A stretch of 64,000 bases of DNA from a virus. Below are positions 1 through 11,000 of this stretch, in pieces. Below the pieces are notes generated by a model. It made no database searches. It was not told the origin of the DNA and worked only from the letters and a program-made list of their open reading frames with translations. The position numbers and the translations under genes were made by a program. The stretch covers positions 46,223 through 110,222 of IMG/VR virus record IMGVR_UViG_3300025288_000013; one strand, 5' to 3'. Numbering within the stretch: the stretch's first letter is position 1; every line of letters starts with the position of its first letter.

Positions 1-1551
1 CAATTTTTAAAAGATGTTGGCGGTATAAGAGATTATCAGGAAGATCTTTTAAAAATGTTTCAGGACAGCCAATTCAACATTGTTTTGGCTTCAAGACAAA
101 TTGGTAAGTCTATTACAGTTGCTATATATGTGTGTTGGTATTTGTTGTTTAATGATGATGCTAACATACTTCTTTTATCAGAAACAGGTACAAAAGCAAA
201 AGATTTACTTAAAAAGATAAAAGACATACAGGACAACTTACCATTTTACATGCAAGTTGGTTTATTATATGATTCAACACAACGAAGAATTTATGATAAT
301 GGTTGCACACTTATTAGTGAAAACACAACAGAAAATAGCGGTGTTTCTGGGTCGTATCAATTCGTTTATTGGGATGAAATGGCATTATTAGACGCACCAA
401 CACAAGAAAAGATTTTTACTGGTGTATTCCCAACAATGGCAAGTTTTGGTAATAAAGCCAAGTTTATTATAACAAGCACACCAAGAGGAAGAAACAATAA
501 ATTTCATAACATATGGAACGGTGCTACAAGTGAACTAGATTCACCAGAATATGTGCCGTTTTCATATGCAAAGGTCATGTGGCATCAGGTCAAGGGTAGG
601 GGTGAAGAATGGGAAAGAAAAGAAAGGAAAATAATGGGGGATGATGGTTTTGATAGAGAGTATGGATTATCTTTTGATGCTGATGGCGATTTGCTTATAA
701 GTGACGAAAATAAAAAGAAAATAAGCAGCAATTTTGTTAAATATGTAAGATATGAAAAAGATCACAAATTTTACAAATTATTCAGTCATCACCCAGATTT
801 CAAAGTATCCATGTTATCTGATCCAGAAAGAAAATTTCATATATCAATCGACATAGCTGGTGGAAAGAAGAGAGATTATACTGTGTTTAATATATTTGAA
901 TTGAAATTCAAATCTTATGATGAAATAAAAGATATGGATTTTATCGTTGACGAAATGGACTTCTTTAAATTAGAACAAGTTGCTATAATAAGAAGTAATG
1001 TTATAAAAACAGAAATAATGGCTATGTACCTTTATGACTTTATCATAAAGTATATGATTCCACATAATATTAGAATAACCATAGAAATTAATTTTGAGGG
1101 CAAGTTTTTTCTAAAGAATTTGTTTGATTATAAAGGTAGAAAGAATGAACTTAATAATTCAAGAGAAGATATGATTGTAGAATATCCACTGAACATGAAT
1201 TTTGATAAAGACAATGCCATATATGAATTTGGAATAGTTCAAAACGAAAAAACTAAACAAGATACATGCAAGACCATAAACACGGTTATTCGTGACAACC
1301 ATATTGTTATAAACCACAGTGTAACTGTTGAGGAGGGTTTGGCGTTTGGCTTGAACAAAAAAGGCAAATATCAAGGTTTATCAAAAAACGATGATTGCTT
1401 CATGACTGTTTTGAATATAGCAAATTATAAAAAAACAGATGAATATGAAGAGCAGGTTAATGAAATAATAAATAATTTGGATTCTTATCAATTAGAACTA
1501 ATAAGCAAAATAGTTGGTGAAGATGATGAAGAAGATGATGACATATATTAA
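1..1551 (+). CDS. terL: Large terminase subunit (T4 gp17-like), 5'-truncated by the window
   Basis: Frame open from base 1 (IRDYQ motif); Walker A ASRQIGKS, Walker B YWDE, motif C ITSTPRG, nuclease motifs IDIAGG..RDYT and DDCFM. Confidence 0.95.
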   Translation, partial: QFLKDVGGIRDYQEDLLKMFQDSQFNIVLASRQIGKSITVAIYVCWYLLFNDDANILLLSETGTKAKDLLKKIKDIQDNLPFYMQVGLLYDSTQRRIYDNGCTLISENTTENSGVSGSYQFVYWDEMALLDAPTQEKIFTGVFPTMASFGNKAKFIITSTPRGRNNKFHNIWNGATSELDSPEYVPFSYAKVMWHQVKGRGEEWERKERKIMGDDGFDREYGLSFDADGDLLISDENKKKISSNFVKYVRYEKDHKFYKLFSHHPDFKVSMLSDPERKFHISIDIAGGKKRDYTVFNIFELKFKSYDEIKDMDFIVDEMDFFKLEQVAIIRSNVIKTEIMAMYLYDFIIKYMIPHNIRITIEINFEGKFFLKNLFDYKGRKNELNNSREDMIVEYPLNMNFDKDNAIYEFGIVQNEKTKQDTCKTINTVIRDNHIVINHSVTVEEGLAFGLNKKGKYQGLSKNDDCFMTVLNIANYKKTDEYEEQVNEIINNLDSYQLELISKIVGEDDEEDDDIY

Positions 1552-1580
1552 TGTAACAAAAGTTAATATTGTGGGTTTTT
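1552..1580 (+). promoter_or_regulatory. Class II (ECF-type) promoter TGTAAC-N17-GTTTTT
   Basis: One of 13 copies with identical spacing; intergenic, faces ORF 1615. Confidence 0.75.
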
Positions 1581-1614
1581 TATTAAATTATTATTAACTA
1601 AAACAGTAAAAATT

Positions 1615-2142
1615 ATGAAAAACATTAAATTTAACATATCATCATTGGTGATATGGACCAGGTTTCTTTGGCTAATACCATACAAAAAAGAAACAAAAAC
1701 TTGTATTGATTCCATAACAATTGATGGTGTCGATAAAACAGCTGAAGATGGAATAAGAAGTATTGATGAAGCACTTGCAGATTGGTCTTCAATAAATCAA
1801 TCTGTTAATAGGGAATTATCACAAGCCAAAGATATATGTAATAAGCTATCAAATCACATAGCCATAAAATCATGTGACCCAATACTACCAAGTTTCAGAT
1901 CTCTTGTTGCAGAATTATTTGTCGCACAAACCATTAGAGAGTTTGAAAAAGGAACAAAAATTGGTGAAAATTTGAAAACCTTTATGTCACTAAACCGAAT
2001 TGATACCAATAAAAACCTGGACATTTCTGTTTATGAAGATATTTGGGCAATAACCAAGAAAAAATTACATGTTTTTCATAGAAACGTTTATTGTTTCAAG
2101 ATGATAATGGATGATAAAATGTTTACCATAACTTTCAAGTGA
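1615..2142 (+). CDS. Hypothetical protein
   Basis: 175-aa ORF, own promoter motif. Confidence 0.75.
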   Translation: MKNIKFNISSLVIWTRFLWLIPYKKETKTCIDSITIDGVDKTAEDGIRSIDEALADWSSINQSVNRELSQAKDICNKLSNHIAIKSCDPILPSFRSLVAELFVAQTIREFEKGTKIGENLKTFMSLNRIDTNKNLDISVYEDIWAITKKKLHVFHRNVYCFKMIMDDKMFTITFK

Positions 2143-2744
2143 TAATTATTGTGGACGACAGAAAAGACATAAATTATAAAACGGTTGAACTATTTGATGA
2201 TAGTTCAACCGTTTTTATAAATAAGAATGTTGTGTCCTCTGAATACCTATCATCTGATGAAATCCAAAAATACCAAGACAACGAATTATTTGAAAGCATA
2301 GTAAAAACGTTTTACAAAATAAATCACAAAATAAATCCAAAATATAGAACTTGTATTGATTCTATTTTAACAGATGCTTATTTAGTTAACACACCAATTT
2401 CTTACGACAATTGTAACGACTATAAAATTTTGTACAGAAGAGATAATACGTGCATAATATCAAATGGAAAAAATGTCTTAGAGGTTAATATCAACAACAT
2501 TAGTATAGAACATGGCAATATAGGTTCAGAAGTTATATCATATATTTTTTCAGAGATTTACAAAATTTTAAAAAACGACATAAATGATTATACAAAATTT
2601 TTCATTTATTTTTCAGACATTTTTAACATAGAATACAAAGATTTGTATGACAATGTGTCATATAAACATAGAACAACCATAGAATCAACCATAAAAAACA
2701 AATTCAAGTATTTGTTTTCAAACACAGATGCAGCAATGTGGTAA
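2139..2744 (+). CDS. Hypothetical protein
   Basis: 201-aa ORF, GTGA overlap with upstream stop. Confidence 0.7.
   Translation: MIIIVDDRKDINYKTVELFDDSSTVFINKNVVSSEYLSSDEIQKYQDNELFESIVKTFYKINHKINPKYRTCIDSILTDAYLVNTPISYDNCNDYKILYRRDNTCIISNGKNVLEVNINNISIEHGNIGSEVISYIFSEIYKILKNDINDYTKFFIYFSDIFNIEYKDLYDNVSYKHRTTIESTIKNKFKYLFSNTDAAMW
2178..2215 (+). terminator. 16-bp perfect hairpin with T tract (intragenic terminator/attenuator)
   Basis: aaaacggttgaactat-ttgatg-atagttcaaccgtttt. Confidence 0.55.
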
Positions 2745-2747
2745 AGC

Positions 2748-2764
2748 TTGGCACGATTTTTGCT
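2748..2764 (+). promoter_or_regulatory. Class I sigma54-type (-24/-12) promoter
   Basis: TTGGCACGATTTTTGCT matches YTGGCACG-N4-TTGCW; about 50 bp upstream of the sigma-like gene. Confidence 0.8.
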
Positions 2765-2783
2765 GTGTTATAGTATGAATTTA

Positions 2784-2815
2784 AAACTTAACTTAAACTT
2801 AACTTAAACTTAAAC
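2784..2815 (+). repeat. AAACTTAACTT tandem repeat in the 5' leader
   Basis: About 2.5 copies immediately before ATG 2816. Confidence 0.6.
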
Positions 2816-3898
2816 ATGGAACAAGAAAAAATTTATGTGAACAATTTCACAAAACTATCACAAAATTATTTTGAATCAAGATCACAAAAAGATTTTGCCA
2901 AAATTTATGCAGAAATAAGAATAATAGCCATGTCTGCAGCTAAAGGGCTAACAGTAGATTCACATGATTACGAAAGTATAGTTGACGATATTTCTATGAA
3001 GCTTTATTTGAACTTTGATAAATATTATCAAGAAAATAAAAGTCTTTTATCTTTTGTCTTTGTTTCATGTAAACGAAAGTATTATACACTCAAGAAGACA
3101 TACAACAAAAGTATTTGTGAATCAGACATGATAATAATAAATGACAAAGACGGTGGAGAAACATCAAAATTTAATCAGGCTTTGACAAATTATTATGGCG
3201 ATTTTGTTGACCAAGAAAATGTGGAGGTTGATGCAGCCGATAACATGTTGCATTTATCGACAGATAGACAGATAGACAGAGTTAAAGAAATTGTTAAAGA
3301 AATGTGCTATAACGATAAAGGTGAGTTTAATGAAGACGAACATACCAAAATGATAGATATTCTTACACTAAGAAACGGCGAGTTTTCTCTTGGTGAAAAT
3401 TTGGAAGAGTTAATACCATATATAAAAAATGAAGAAGTTGGAAGCGTGTCAGACTTTATTAGTCCAACCATAATTTCTAATAAATATGGTATAAAGAACA
3501 GAGCAACTGTGTCGGCAAAAAGAACAAGAGCCATAGAAAAAATAAGAAACATAATTTTGTCTGATATATCAAATTCAGAGATTTTTGACAAAGTAAATTA
3601 TACAGGGACAAAAATTGTTAAAAAAGACATAAATGGCAAAATATACACACACACATATGAACTCATAGATGGTGTTGCAAATGGGGAATACAAAAAAGAA
3701 ATTTTGATTAATTCAAAGAAAACAACTCTAACAATAGGAAAATTTGAAAATGGTAAAAAAATAGGCATATGGCATCATTTTTTTGTTGAAAACGGATCTT
3801 ATATGGGATATGTAGATTATAATAGTGGTAAAAGTTTTGAATATACTGATATGGACGAAACAAGTATGGAAACACGTATAATGAAATTGTCTGTGTAA
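2816..3898 (+). CDS. Sigma70/ECF-like sigma factor with C-terminal MORN-like extension
   Basis: Region 2-like (DYESIVDDISMKLYLNFDKY..SLLSFVF), region 4 HTH-like (IISNKYGIKNRATVSAKRTRAIEKIR); C-terminal GKFENGKKIGIW-type repeats. Confidence 0.7.
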   Translation: MEQEKIYVNNFTKLSQNYFESRSQKDFAKIYAEIRIIAMSAAKGLTVDSHDYESIVDDISMKLYLNFDKYYQENKSLLSFVFVSCKRKYYTLKKTYNKSICESDMIIINDKDGGETSKFNQALTNYYGDFVDQENVEVDAADNMLHLSTDRQIDRVKEIVKEMCYNDKGEFNEDEHTKMIDILTLRNGEFSLGENLEELIPYIKNEEVGSVSDFISPTIISNKYGIKNRATVSAKRTRAIEKIRNIILSDISNSEIFDKVNYTGTKIVKKDINGKIYTHTYELIDGVANGEYKKEILINSKKTTLTIGKFENGKKIGIWHHFFVENGSYMGYVDYNSGKSFEYTDMDETSMETRIMKLSV

Positions 3899-3899
3899 T

Positions 3900-4547
3900 A
3901 TGAAGTATAACGAATTTTATGACGCTATTTTTTCTGTTGGTGAGAATCTTATTGTTAAGGCAGATTGCTCAAACAGTTGTTTTAAGCAATCTTCTGACTA
4001 TGTTACCATAATAGATATTTTTATAGATAATGGTATCATATGTTTCCATGTTGAATGTGAGGGAGAAGTGTTGCAAGATACTGATATGTGTCTGGAAACA
4101 AATGGCGTGTTTGATATAACAGCTGATGACATATTGAGTGTAGAAACCAACCAATATACAACAAAATACCTTAGCGATCTTGTTGATAGCAACAATGTTA
4201 TAAACATTGATTTGGTTGATATATCTGATATTACATTGACATCAATTATAGATATAAAAATGGATGTGGATATTGAGATAAAGAACTTGTCTGAATTAAT
4301 AAATAAAACCATAAACAACATAACATATTTGTCAAATAATTTGTTGTTTAATTTTACTGAAAAACAAATTATGATTTTGAACAAAAATGGAACCAATTAT
4401 TATGGTTATGATGAATTGGTTGGCGTGCCAGAATCATGTGAACCATGTGACCACATGGTTTTATATAATAAACTTAAACAACAAAAATCTTATTTAAGAT
4501 CATTAAAAACAATAAAAACAATAATTAAAAACAACAAAAATGGATAA
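3900..4547 (+). CDS. Hypothetical protein
   Basis: 215-aa ORF in operon. Confidence 0.7.
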   Translation: MKYNEFYDAIFSVGENLIVKADCSNSCFKQSSDYVTIIDIFIDNGIICFHVECEGEVLQDTDMCLETNGVFDITADDILSVETNQYTTKYLSDLVDSNNVINIDLVDISDITLTSIIDIKMDVDIEIKNLSELINKTINNITYLSNNLLFNFTEKQIMILNKNGTNYYGYDELVGVPESCEPCDHMVLYNKLKQQKSYLRSLKTIKTIIKNNKNG

Positions 4548-5031
4548 AGTTAAAAAAAGAGATTTAAGCAACATTAAACAAAAATTAAACAAGGCAAACT
4601 CAATAGAGTGCACGAAATTAGCATTAGCTTTGATGGAAAACCACAAAATAATTGATAAAGAACTCAATAAGTTATCACATCAAGTAACTTCTAATAGTTT
4701 GACTGAAAAAACAGAAGGATATGAACAAATTGTTGAATTTGAAGAACAAATGAGAGGATCATATCCAACATTTTGCAAAGAGGTTCCAGGTGGTGGATTG
4801 CAACTTGTTGATAAAGATGGCTGGACAAAAAAACTTGAAGAGTTAAAAGAAAAATACCCTTTGGGTAGAAAATTTTTTGATGAGAATGAAATCAGAATAA
4901 ATGGTATACTTGAAGAAGAAGTTGAACTTAATTTTAAAAAATTAAACATAAATTCTATACCAGATTTGAGTTTGGACATGATTAATACAATAAGTTTCAT
5001 GTTTAGTGTAAACCTTGTTAAATTAAGTTAA
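4540..5031 (+). CDS. Hypothetical phage protein
   Basis: 163-aa helical ORF overlapping upstream stop. Confidence 0.7.
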   Translation: MDKVKKRDLSNIKQKLNKANSIECTKLALALMENHKIIDKELNKLSHQVTSNSLTEKTEGYEQIVEFEEQMRGSYPTFCKEVPGGGLQLVDKDGWTKKLEELKEKYPLGRKFFDENEIRINGILEEEVELNFKKLNINSIPDLSLDMINTISFMFSVNLVKLS

Positions 5032-5063
5032 TCGTATCATCATAAAGGACATATAATAAAAAT

Positions 5064-5519
5064 GTGTCCTTTTATCACACTAATATGAACAATAATAATT
5101 ATAATTACAATTTATCAAAGATAATGGATTCTTTGATTGAAGATTATAAAGACAACAAAATCAACAAATCTTTAATAGATAACTGTGTAATCTCATCAAT
5201 AATAAGAAGTATTGGATATTATAACTCTGATTGGTATCAAAAATTGGATTTGTATAGAAACAAAATGTGTGACAACATATCAAATTTTTATGGTACCGGT
5301 ATGACATTGGAACAAATTGATAAAATAGAGAGAGTGTTTATGTCAAAATACGTGAACAATAAATTGGCTACATTAGAAGCAAATTTTAGGGCGACATTAT
5401 CTTTGGTTTCTTATTGTAAGGGTCTTAGGGGCAGCATGATTGAAAATGAAATAAATAAAAGAATGAATCCACCAAATGTCAATAAAAAATTTCAAACCAA
5501 TACGAAACAGTCCATATAA
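5064..5519 (+). CDS. Hypothetical protein
   Basis: 151-aa ORF; start uncertain. Confidence 0.6.
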   Translation: MSFYHTNMNNNNYNYNLSKIMDSLIEDYKDNKINKSLIDNCVISSIIRSIGYYNSDWYQKLDLYRNKMCDNISNFYGTGMTLEQIDKIERVFMSKYVNNKLATLEANFRATLSLVSYCKGLRGSMIENEINKRMNPPNVNKKFQTNTKQSI

Positions 5520-5970
5520 TCAGGGTTATTACAAGTGCAAAAACCCACAAAAATATATTGGCGACTTAAAGAAAATAATCTATAGATCTTCCCTTGAGTT
5601 AAAGGCGTACACAGAGTTTGATCTTGATGATACAGTTGTGCGTTGGTCTGTAGAACCGCCACAATTGAAGATATCATATTTGTATGTTGTTGATGGCAAA
5701 AGACACTCTTATAATCCAGATGCATATATAGAAAAAATCAACAAAAACGGTTTCTTAAACAAATTTGTCATAGAAATAAAGCCAAAGAGTTTACTTATAA
5801 AGCCAAATAAACCAATCGTGGCTGATAGGAAAAAATATGTGGCATATAAAAAAAGATTGGCATTTTGGCTAAAGATAATGAACAAAAAAATGGCTGCAGA
5901 AAAATTTTGTGAATCAAAAGGTATGAAATATATCTTTATGACAGAATCTTATATTAACAGAAATCTTTAA
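5476..5970 (+). CDS. Head completion nuclease (T4 gp4-like, TnsA-N PD-(D/E)xK fold)
   Basis: QG.Y...NP.KY.GD...IIYRSS.E, Y.PD, EIKP, A..FC...G.....TE. Confidence 0.9.
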   Translation: MSIKNFKPIRNSPYNQGYYKCKNPQKYIGDLKKIIYRSSLELKAYTEFDLDDTVVRWSVEPPQLKISYLYVVDGKRHSYNPDAYIEKINKNGFLNKFVIEIKPKSLLIKPNKPIVADRKKYVAYKKRLAFWLKIMNKKMAAEKFCESKGMKYIFMTESYINRNL

Positions 5971-8012
5971 ACACCAAATTTTTGTATGGTGCAATCCACA
6001 CTTAGCGATGTTGTTCTATGACCCATAGTTATTCTATATCTTATGTCGGCTGGTATAATTACAGTAGCACTACCATATCCAACCACTCTTCCAACCACTC
6101 TGAATATATTAGTTCCTATACCTGTTTCCAAAAATATCTGTATGTCAGTGTCACCAACGCCTTGTGTATAGGTATATAATATTCTATCATATTCTTTTGC
6201 TGACAAAGACGTAATAGAAGTTGAAACAGAACCAGATGTATTAGTAAGATAAACCAAAGAACCAGATGTGTTTCCAACTATGTTCCAACTAGCATCAAAT
6301 GTTGGATTTATCGTGCTGACATTATTTATCAATTTTACTCTGCCTTTTGTTGAACCAGCCCCACCAACTAAGTTTATATGCCCTCCTCTACTTGTTTGGC
6401 TTGAACCACCAGCAATATTAATATCACCGCCTCTACCAACTCCAAATCCACTGTTAACATTATATCCGCCAATAACATTTATGTCACCTCCATCAAATCC
6501 ACTTTTTCTACCTATGATATTTAGAACATTAGATATTGATGTGTATATGTTTGCTTGGAAACCATCTGGCGTTAACTTTGCTAAATGTACGCTTGGTATC
6601 GGTATAAGCGTTTCACCAGCAATGGTTTGTGCTGATCCAAAAACAGACATCAAAAACTCTCCATTTTTAGATGCTGCATAATTTGAACTGTTGAACTTTA
6701 TCCTACTTTCAGATGATGTTATTTCTAAGCCAACGCTATTATTAAAAATAATGGTTATAGAAGTTAACCCAATATCAATTTTCTGATTAGCCGAGTTTGA
6801 TAAAACAACATTGGTTGAATTCATGGAGAGATTTCTATTAGTATCATATATCATACTAATAATTGTTGGTGTTATTTCAAATTTGTGTGACGAATGTTCC
6901 ATCAACAGTTTTGTTCCATCCATTGTCATATCACCAATATTTGTTGGGAATGATGGGTTTGGATAAACGAATCTAAAAGTCCCCATACCATGCAATGTGT
7001 GTGTTGGTACGCCTGTCCCAGTACCAATACCAACTCTGTCATTGTGTATTGTGATGTTATTTTGATTACCAATTCTTAATTTTTCTGTGGTTGGGAATGT
7101 TAACAACCAAATGGATTGTGATTTTGAAAATATTAATGAATTTGTGGTGCCCATATTTTCTATATCAGACACTCCGCCAGAGAATACTAGTCTATTGGTA
7201 TTAATCATTTTGCTGGTTACACCAGAATTTATGTCATTTTTTGTGCCAAATTCTGCTTGGTTATTTTTTATAACAGACCATTCAACATTTGATTTTATAT
7301 AATATATGAAATCCATAGATGTTAAACTTGCTGATCCAGTGGGGGTGTTTCTAAATTTTAAATTTAATTGTGAGAACGGTTTAGAATCAGTACCAAACGC
7401 ATCGGCTATTTGGCTGGGGGTTGTGTTTGATTCTCCCAATATGTTACACAACGTCAACGTGTCCAGATCTGAACCCACAAACGTGTTATTACCAATAATC
7501 AATCTCATGTATTCAGCATCGCCACCTATTCTTTTTGCCAATAATATATTTGATTCAGCATTTATTGTGTCAAAATGCCTCAATTTATGATTGGAAATGA
7601 TACCCTGCGTACCAAAAATTAATTCATCAACAAAATCTGATGGAACATTTGGTGTATAAGCCAAATCATATTTCAAAATACCATTGTCATCTATGATTTC
7701 AAAATATTGACCAGCATCATTAACCACTATGTCACCCAAATTATAGTTTGGATTCAAAACCAAACCACCATCTGTTGGAATATTATCAAAATGAAAGACA
7801 CTACCAACATCCCCCTTATCCCCCTTATCCCCCTTAATTGATAAACCAGACCAACCTATGTCACCTTTGCTACCTTTGTTCATAACATTGACCGTGTGAA
7901 GATATATCTGATCAAAGTTGTGTTGAATTTTTTCTTTCAATGTCGATAGGGCATCACCATCTTGCAATTTCTTTAAAGTGATGTCTGGGTATGATGTAAA
8001 ATTGTCAACCAT
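5967..8012 (-). CDS. Tail fibre-like virion protein with short collagen-like repeat
   Basis: KGDKGDKGD; RVGIG.G.P...L; GGDIN..GG repeats. Confidence 0.7.
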   Translation of the reverse strand: MVDNFTSYPDITLKKLQDGDALSTLKEKIQHNFDQIYLHTVNVMNKGSKGDIGWSGLSIKGDKGDKGDVGSVFHFDNIPTDGGLVLNPNYNLGDIVVNDAGQYFEIIDDNGILKYDLAYTPNVPSDFVDELIFGTQGIISNHKLRHFDTINAESNILLAKRIGGDAEYMRLIIGNNTFVGSDLDTLTLCNILGESNTTPSQIADAFGTDSKPFSQLNLKFRNTPTGSASLTSMDFIYYIKSNVEWSVIKNNQAEFGTKNDINSGVTSKMINTNRLVFSGGVSDIENMGTTNSLIFSKSQSIWLLTFPTTEKLRIGNQNNITIHNDRVGIGTGTGVPTHTLHGMGTFRFVYPNPSFPTNIGDMTMDGTKLLMEHSSHKFEITPTIISMIYDTNRNLSMNSTNVVLSNSANQKIDIGLTSITIIFNNSVGLEITSSESRIKFNSSNYAASKNGEFLMSVFGSAQTIAGETLIPIPSVHLAKLTPDGFQANIYTSISNVLNIIGRKSGFDGGDINVIGGYNVNSGFGVGRGGDINIAGGSSQTSRGGHINLVGGAGSTKGRVKLINNVSTINPTFDASWNIVGNTSGSLVYLTNTSGSVSTSITSLSAKEYDRILYTYTQGVGDTDIQIFLETGIGTNIFRVVGRVVGYGSATVIIPADIRYRITMGHRTTSLSVDCTIQKFGV

Positions 8013-8013
8013 C

Positions 8014-11000
8014 TTAATTTATATTTATATTTTTATTTAGTACTAAGCTTAATTTTGTCAATATGTTAACTGTGTCCCACGTTTTGTCTTCTTCGTCCCA
8101 CGTTTTATAATGAGTATACCAGTTATCATATACTGTGTCACCATTTATTAACGATAAGTTTTTGTTTGATATTATGTATCCATCATTATATTTATTATTC
8201 GAACTTGGTTTTATGAACTTTATTTTTCCTATTTCAGAAGTATAATTAACATTTTCATCTGATATTATGTCTTTTATGTTAGAAAACGACAATATTGATT
8301 TCATTGATTCATAACATCTTGTAACATCAGATACCTGATACCAATCAAATTTTCTAAGGTCAATGAATCCTTTAACATAACTGAATAGCATAACAGAATT
8401 TATAAGACTACCATTTAGTGCCAAAACAAAAATTTTATCATCAACAAATCTAATTGTGTTATTTGTTACATTAAATGGTAATGGGTTTGACGGATTCCAT
8501 AATCCCAATCCATCAGCGTTAACGAATGTTGTTATTACTGATAAATCTTTATTATTTATACCAACCAAAGACCCAAATTCACCATTTGATTGTTTTATCC
8601 AATTTGATACTTTCATTATATTACCATCGAATTCAATAGAATCTGGCGGTGTTGGCGAAACCGATAATTTGTTTTGCAATTTAATACCTCTAAATTTGTC
8701 TGTTGGATTACTTAATGAATCTTGATAAACTAAATTTGGTATTGGTGGATATTCAAATTCGTCACCAAATAGAAAAGTTCCATTTGTGTATTTCTTTATG
8801 CCAAGCATAACATGTAAATATAAATAATCAAGTATTATCTCACCAGAATCAGTTATGGATTTCCAATCAGATATGCCTATTTCTATAACAAGCACTATGG
8901 CTTTGTGATTATCGTTTTTTATGGTTTTTATTTCAAATGGTTTATTGCTGCCTTGATAGATTTCATGTATATCCCTTGTATTTAACACAACAGAAAATCT
9001 GTAACCATCCAATGACATATCAAAAGACAATTTAACGCCTCTGAATATTGTTTCGGATATATCAAAATCATTATTCAATACTATGTTTGAATAATTTTTA
9101 TCAAAATACTCCCTAAAATAGTCATATTTGGCACTTTTAAATAAACTTTCATCAAATATTCCCCCCATTAGATTTGATATGTGATACCAACTGTGTGTGT
9201 ATAGTGATGTGTCTGATTCTTTTGTATCAAAATCTGGAGTTGTTATGCCATCCATATACATATTACCACCGTTTATGCTTATTGCGTTTCTTATGCACCA
9301 ATTATATTCATTGTTAACTTGTTTGCCAAAATTTAACAAGGGTTTCACATTATCAACAAAAAATTGTACCTCATTATCATCATTATAACTTTTTATCATA
9401 ACTTTTGGGTTACCAGATATGATGGTAAAATTTTCATCTGTTGCCGCAAACGTATCAACCAACGTCACATTGTTTGATACACCATATTGAACGCCATCTG
9501 ATTCAACAATAAATTCTGAAGAATCTCCTATTACTACATATGTTTCGCCAATTGTTAGTTTTGTCTGCTCTATATAATTACTTAGATAATCTACAACATT
9601 TGATCTGTTTATTAGTATTTCTGATTCGATTTCTGATTCAGGATAAACAGATAACACACCATATTCAATTTTTTCTCTTTGGAATACTCTAATATCGTCC
9701 ACAAAACCATTATAGTCACTTTCTGCACATGATATTATTTTGTTATTCATGTCAACTAATTCATCTAAGCCATTTGTGTTTTGGATATCAACGAATGTCA
9801 AGAATTTTGTTATTTTATGATATCCTATTTTACTTTTCATATAACCGCCCAAAACTTTATTTTTATTATCTATATCAATGATAGATGTTATATAATTGTT
9901 GGTGAAACTTATGTCTGTATTATTAACAATTGTCAAGTCAACATTTGTTGATATGTTTTTTATGTCAAATGATAGGAATTCGTTTGTTGATGATACTATT
10001 ATTTTATTATCAATTGCTTTGGCTAATAAATTGTTGCTGTAGCCTACTTCGTTATTAAATGCTTTTGATATTGATATACATTGTTCTGGTAACGTACCAC
10101 TTGGATTAAACACAAATCTTTCTGCATCTGTTTTACCAAAATTTGGATTATTAAATAATTCATCAGCCAATAATATGATGGACGTATTTTCAAAATCAAA
10201 ACGTATAGTATCGCTTTGTGACGTTGATGAATTCAATTCTAGAACTATTAACCTGGTGTAATTTTCAAGTATTTCAAAATCAATTGGTTCTTTTTCTTTG
10301 AATTTTGATAGCAATTGATCTGTTATGGTTATTTCGTTTTCTATTATTTTTGATGATGATGATATCTTGTTATCGCATTTACAATAATTATATGGAACAT
10401 CACTAAGTTCGTTTATTACTATACCATCAAAATCTTCTATTTCTATGTTCCCACTTACCAATGCATCATATATGGTTGGAACAAAATCCTTATTGTGTGT
10501 TTTTTTATAGAATTCACCAAGTTTTATATCATCCACAAATAACCAATAATCATCTTCTTCTAAATCATCTATGTAGAATGCAAATTGGAAAATTGAATTC
10601 GGTATGATTTTGTTTTCCAAAAAAGTGTTGGTTATCGTATCATTTGTTATTAAATCAAACCCAGAAACTTTTGATACAATAGATCCATTCAACAAATCAA
10701 CTCCGTTAACAGTTATGGATTTGTTATCAAAATCTATGTTTATGGGATCATATTTTATATTAAGTTCTGATAGGTGATTTGTTATATACTTACCTATTTT
10801 AGAGTTTATGGATAAGTCATATGTCTTTTTTATCGTATGATCATTTTTATTATCACTACCATTTTTTGACATAACAACAAATCTACTTGGTAAAGATTCA
10901 TTTACAACAAGAGTAACTATTATTCTGTTCTCAATAGTTTCAAAATCATCGCCAGAAAACAAAATTTTGTTCTCCACTTCACCAAATATCCTATGTAAAT

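Noticed and set aside
7809-7835. 9-bp tandem repeat as a contingency locus
   Set aside because: It simply encodes the collagen-like KGDKGDKGD.
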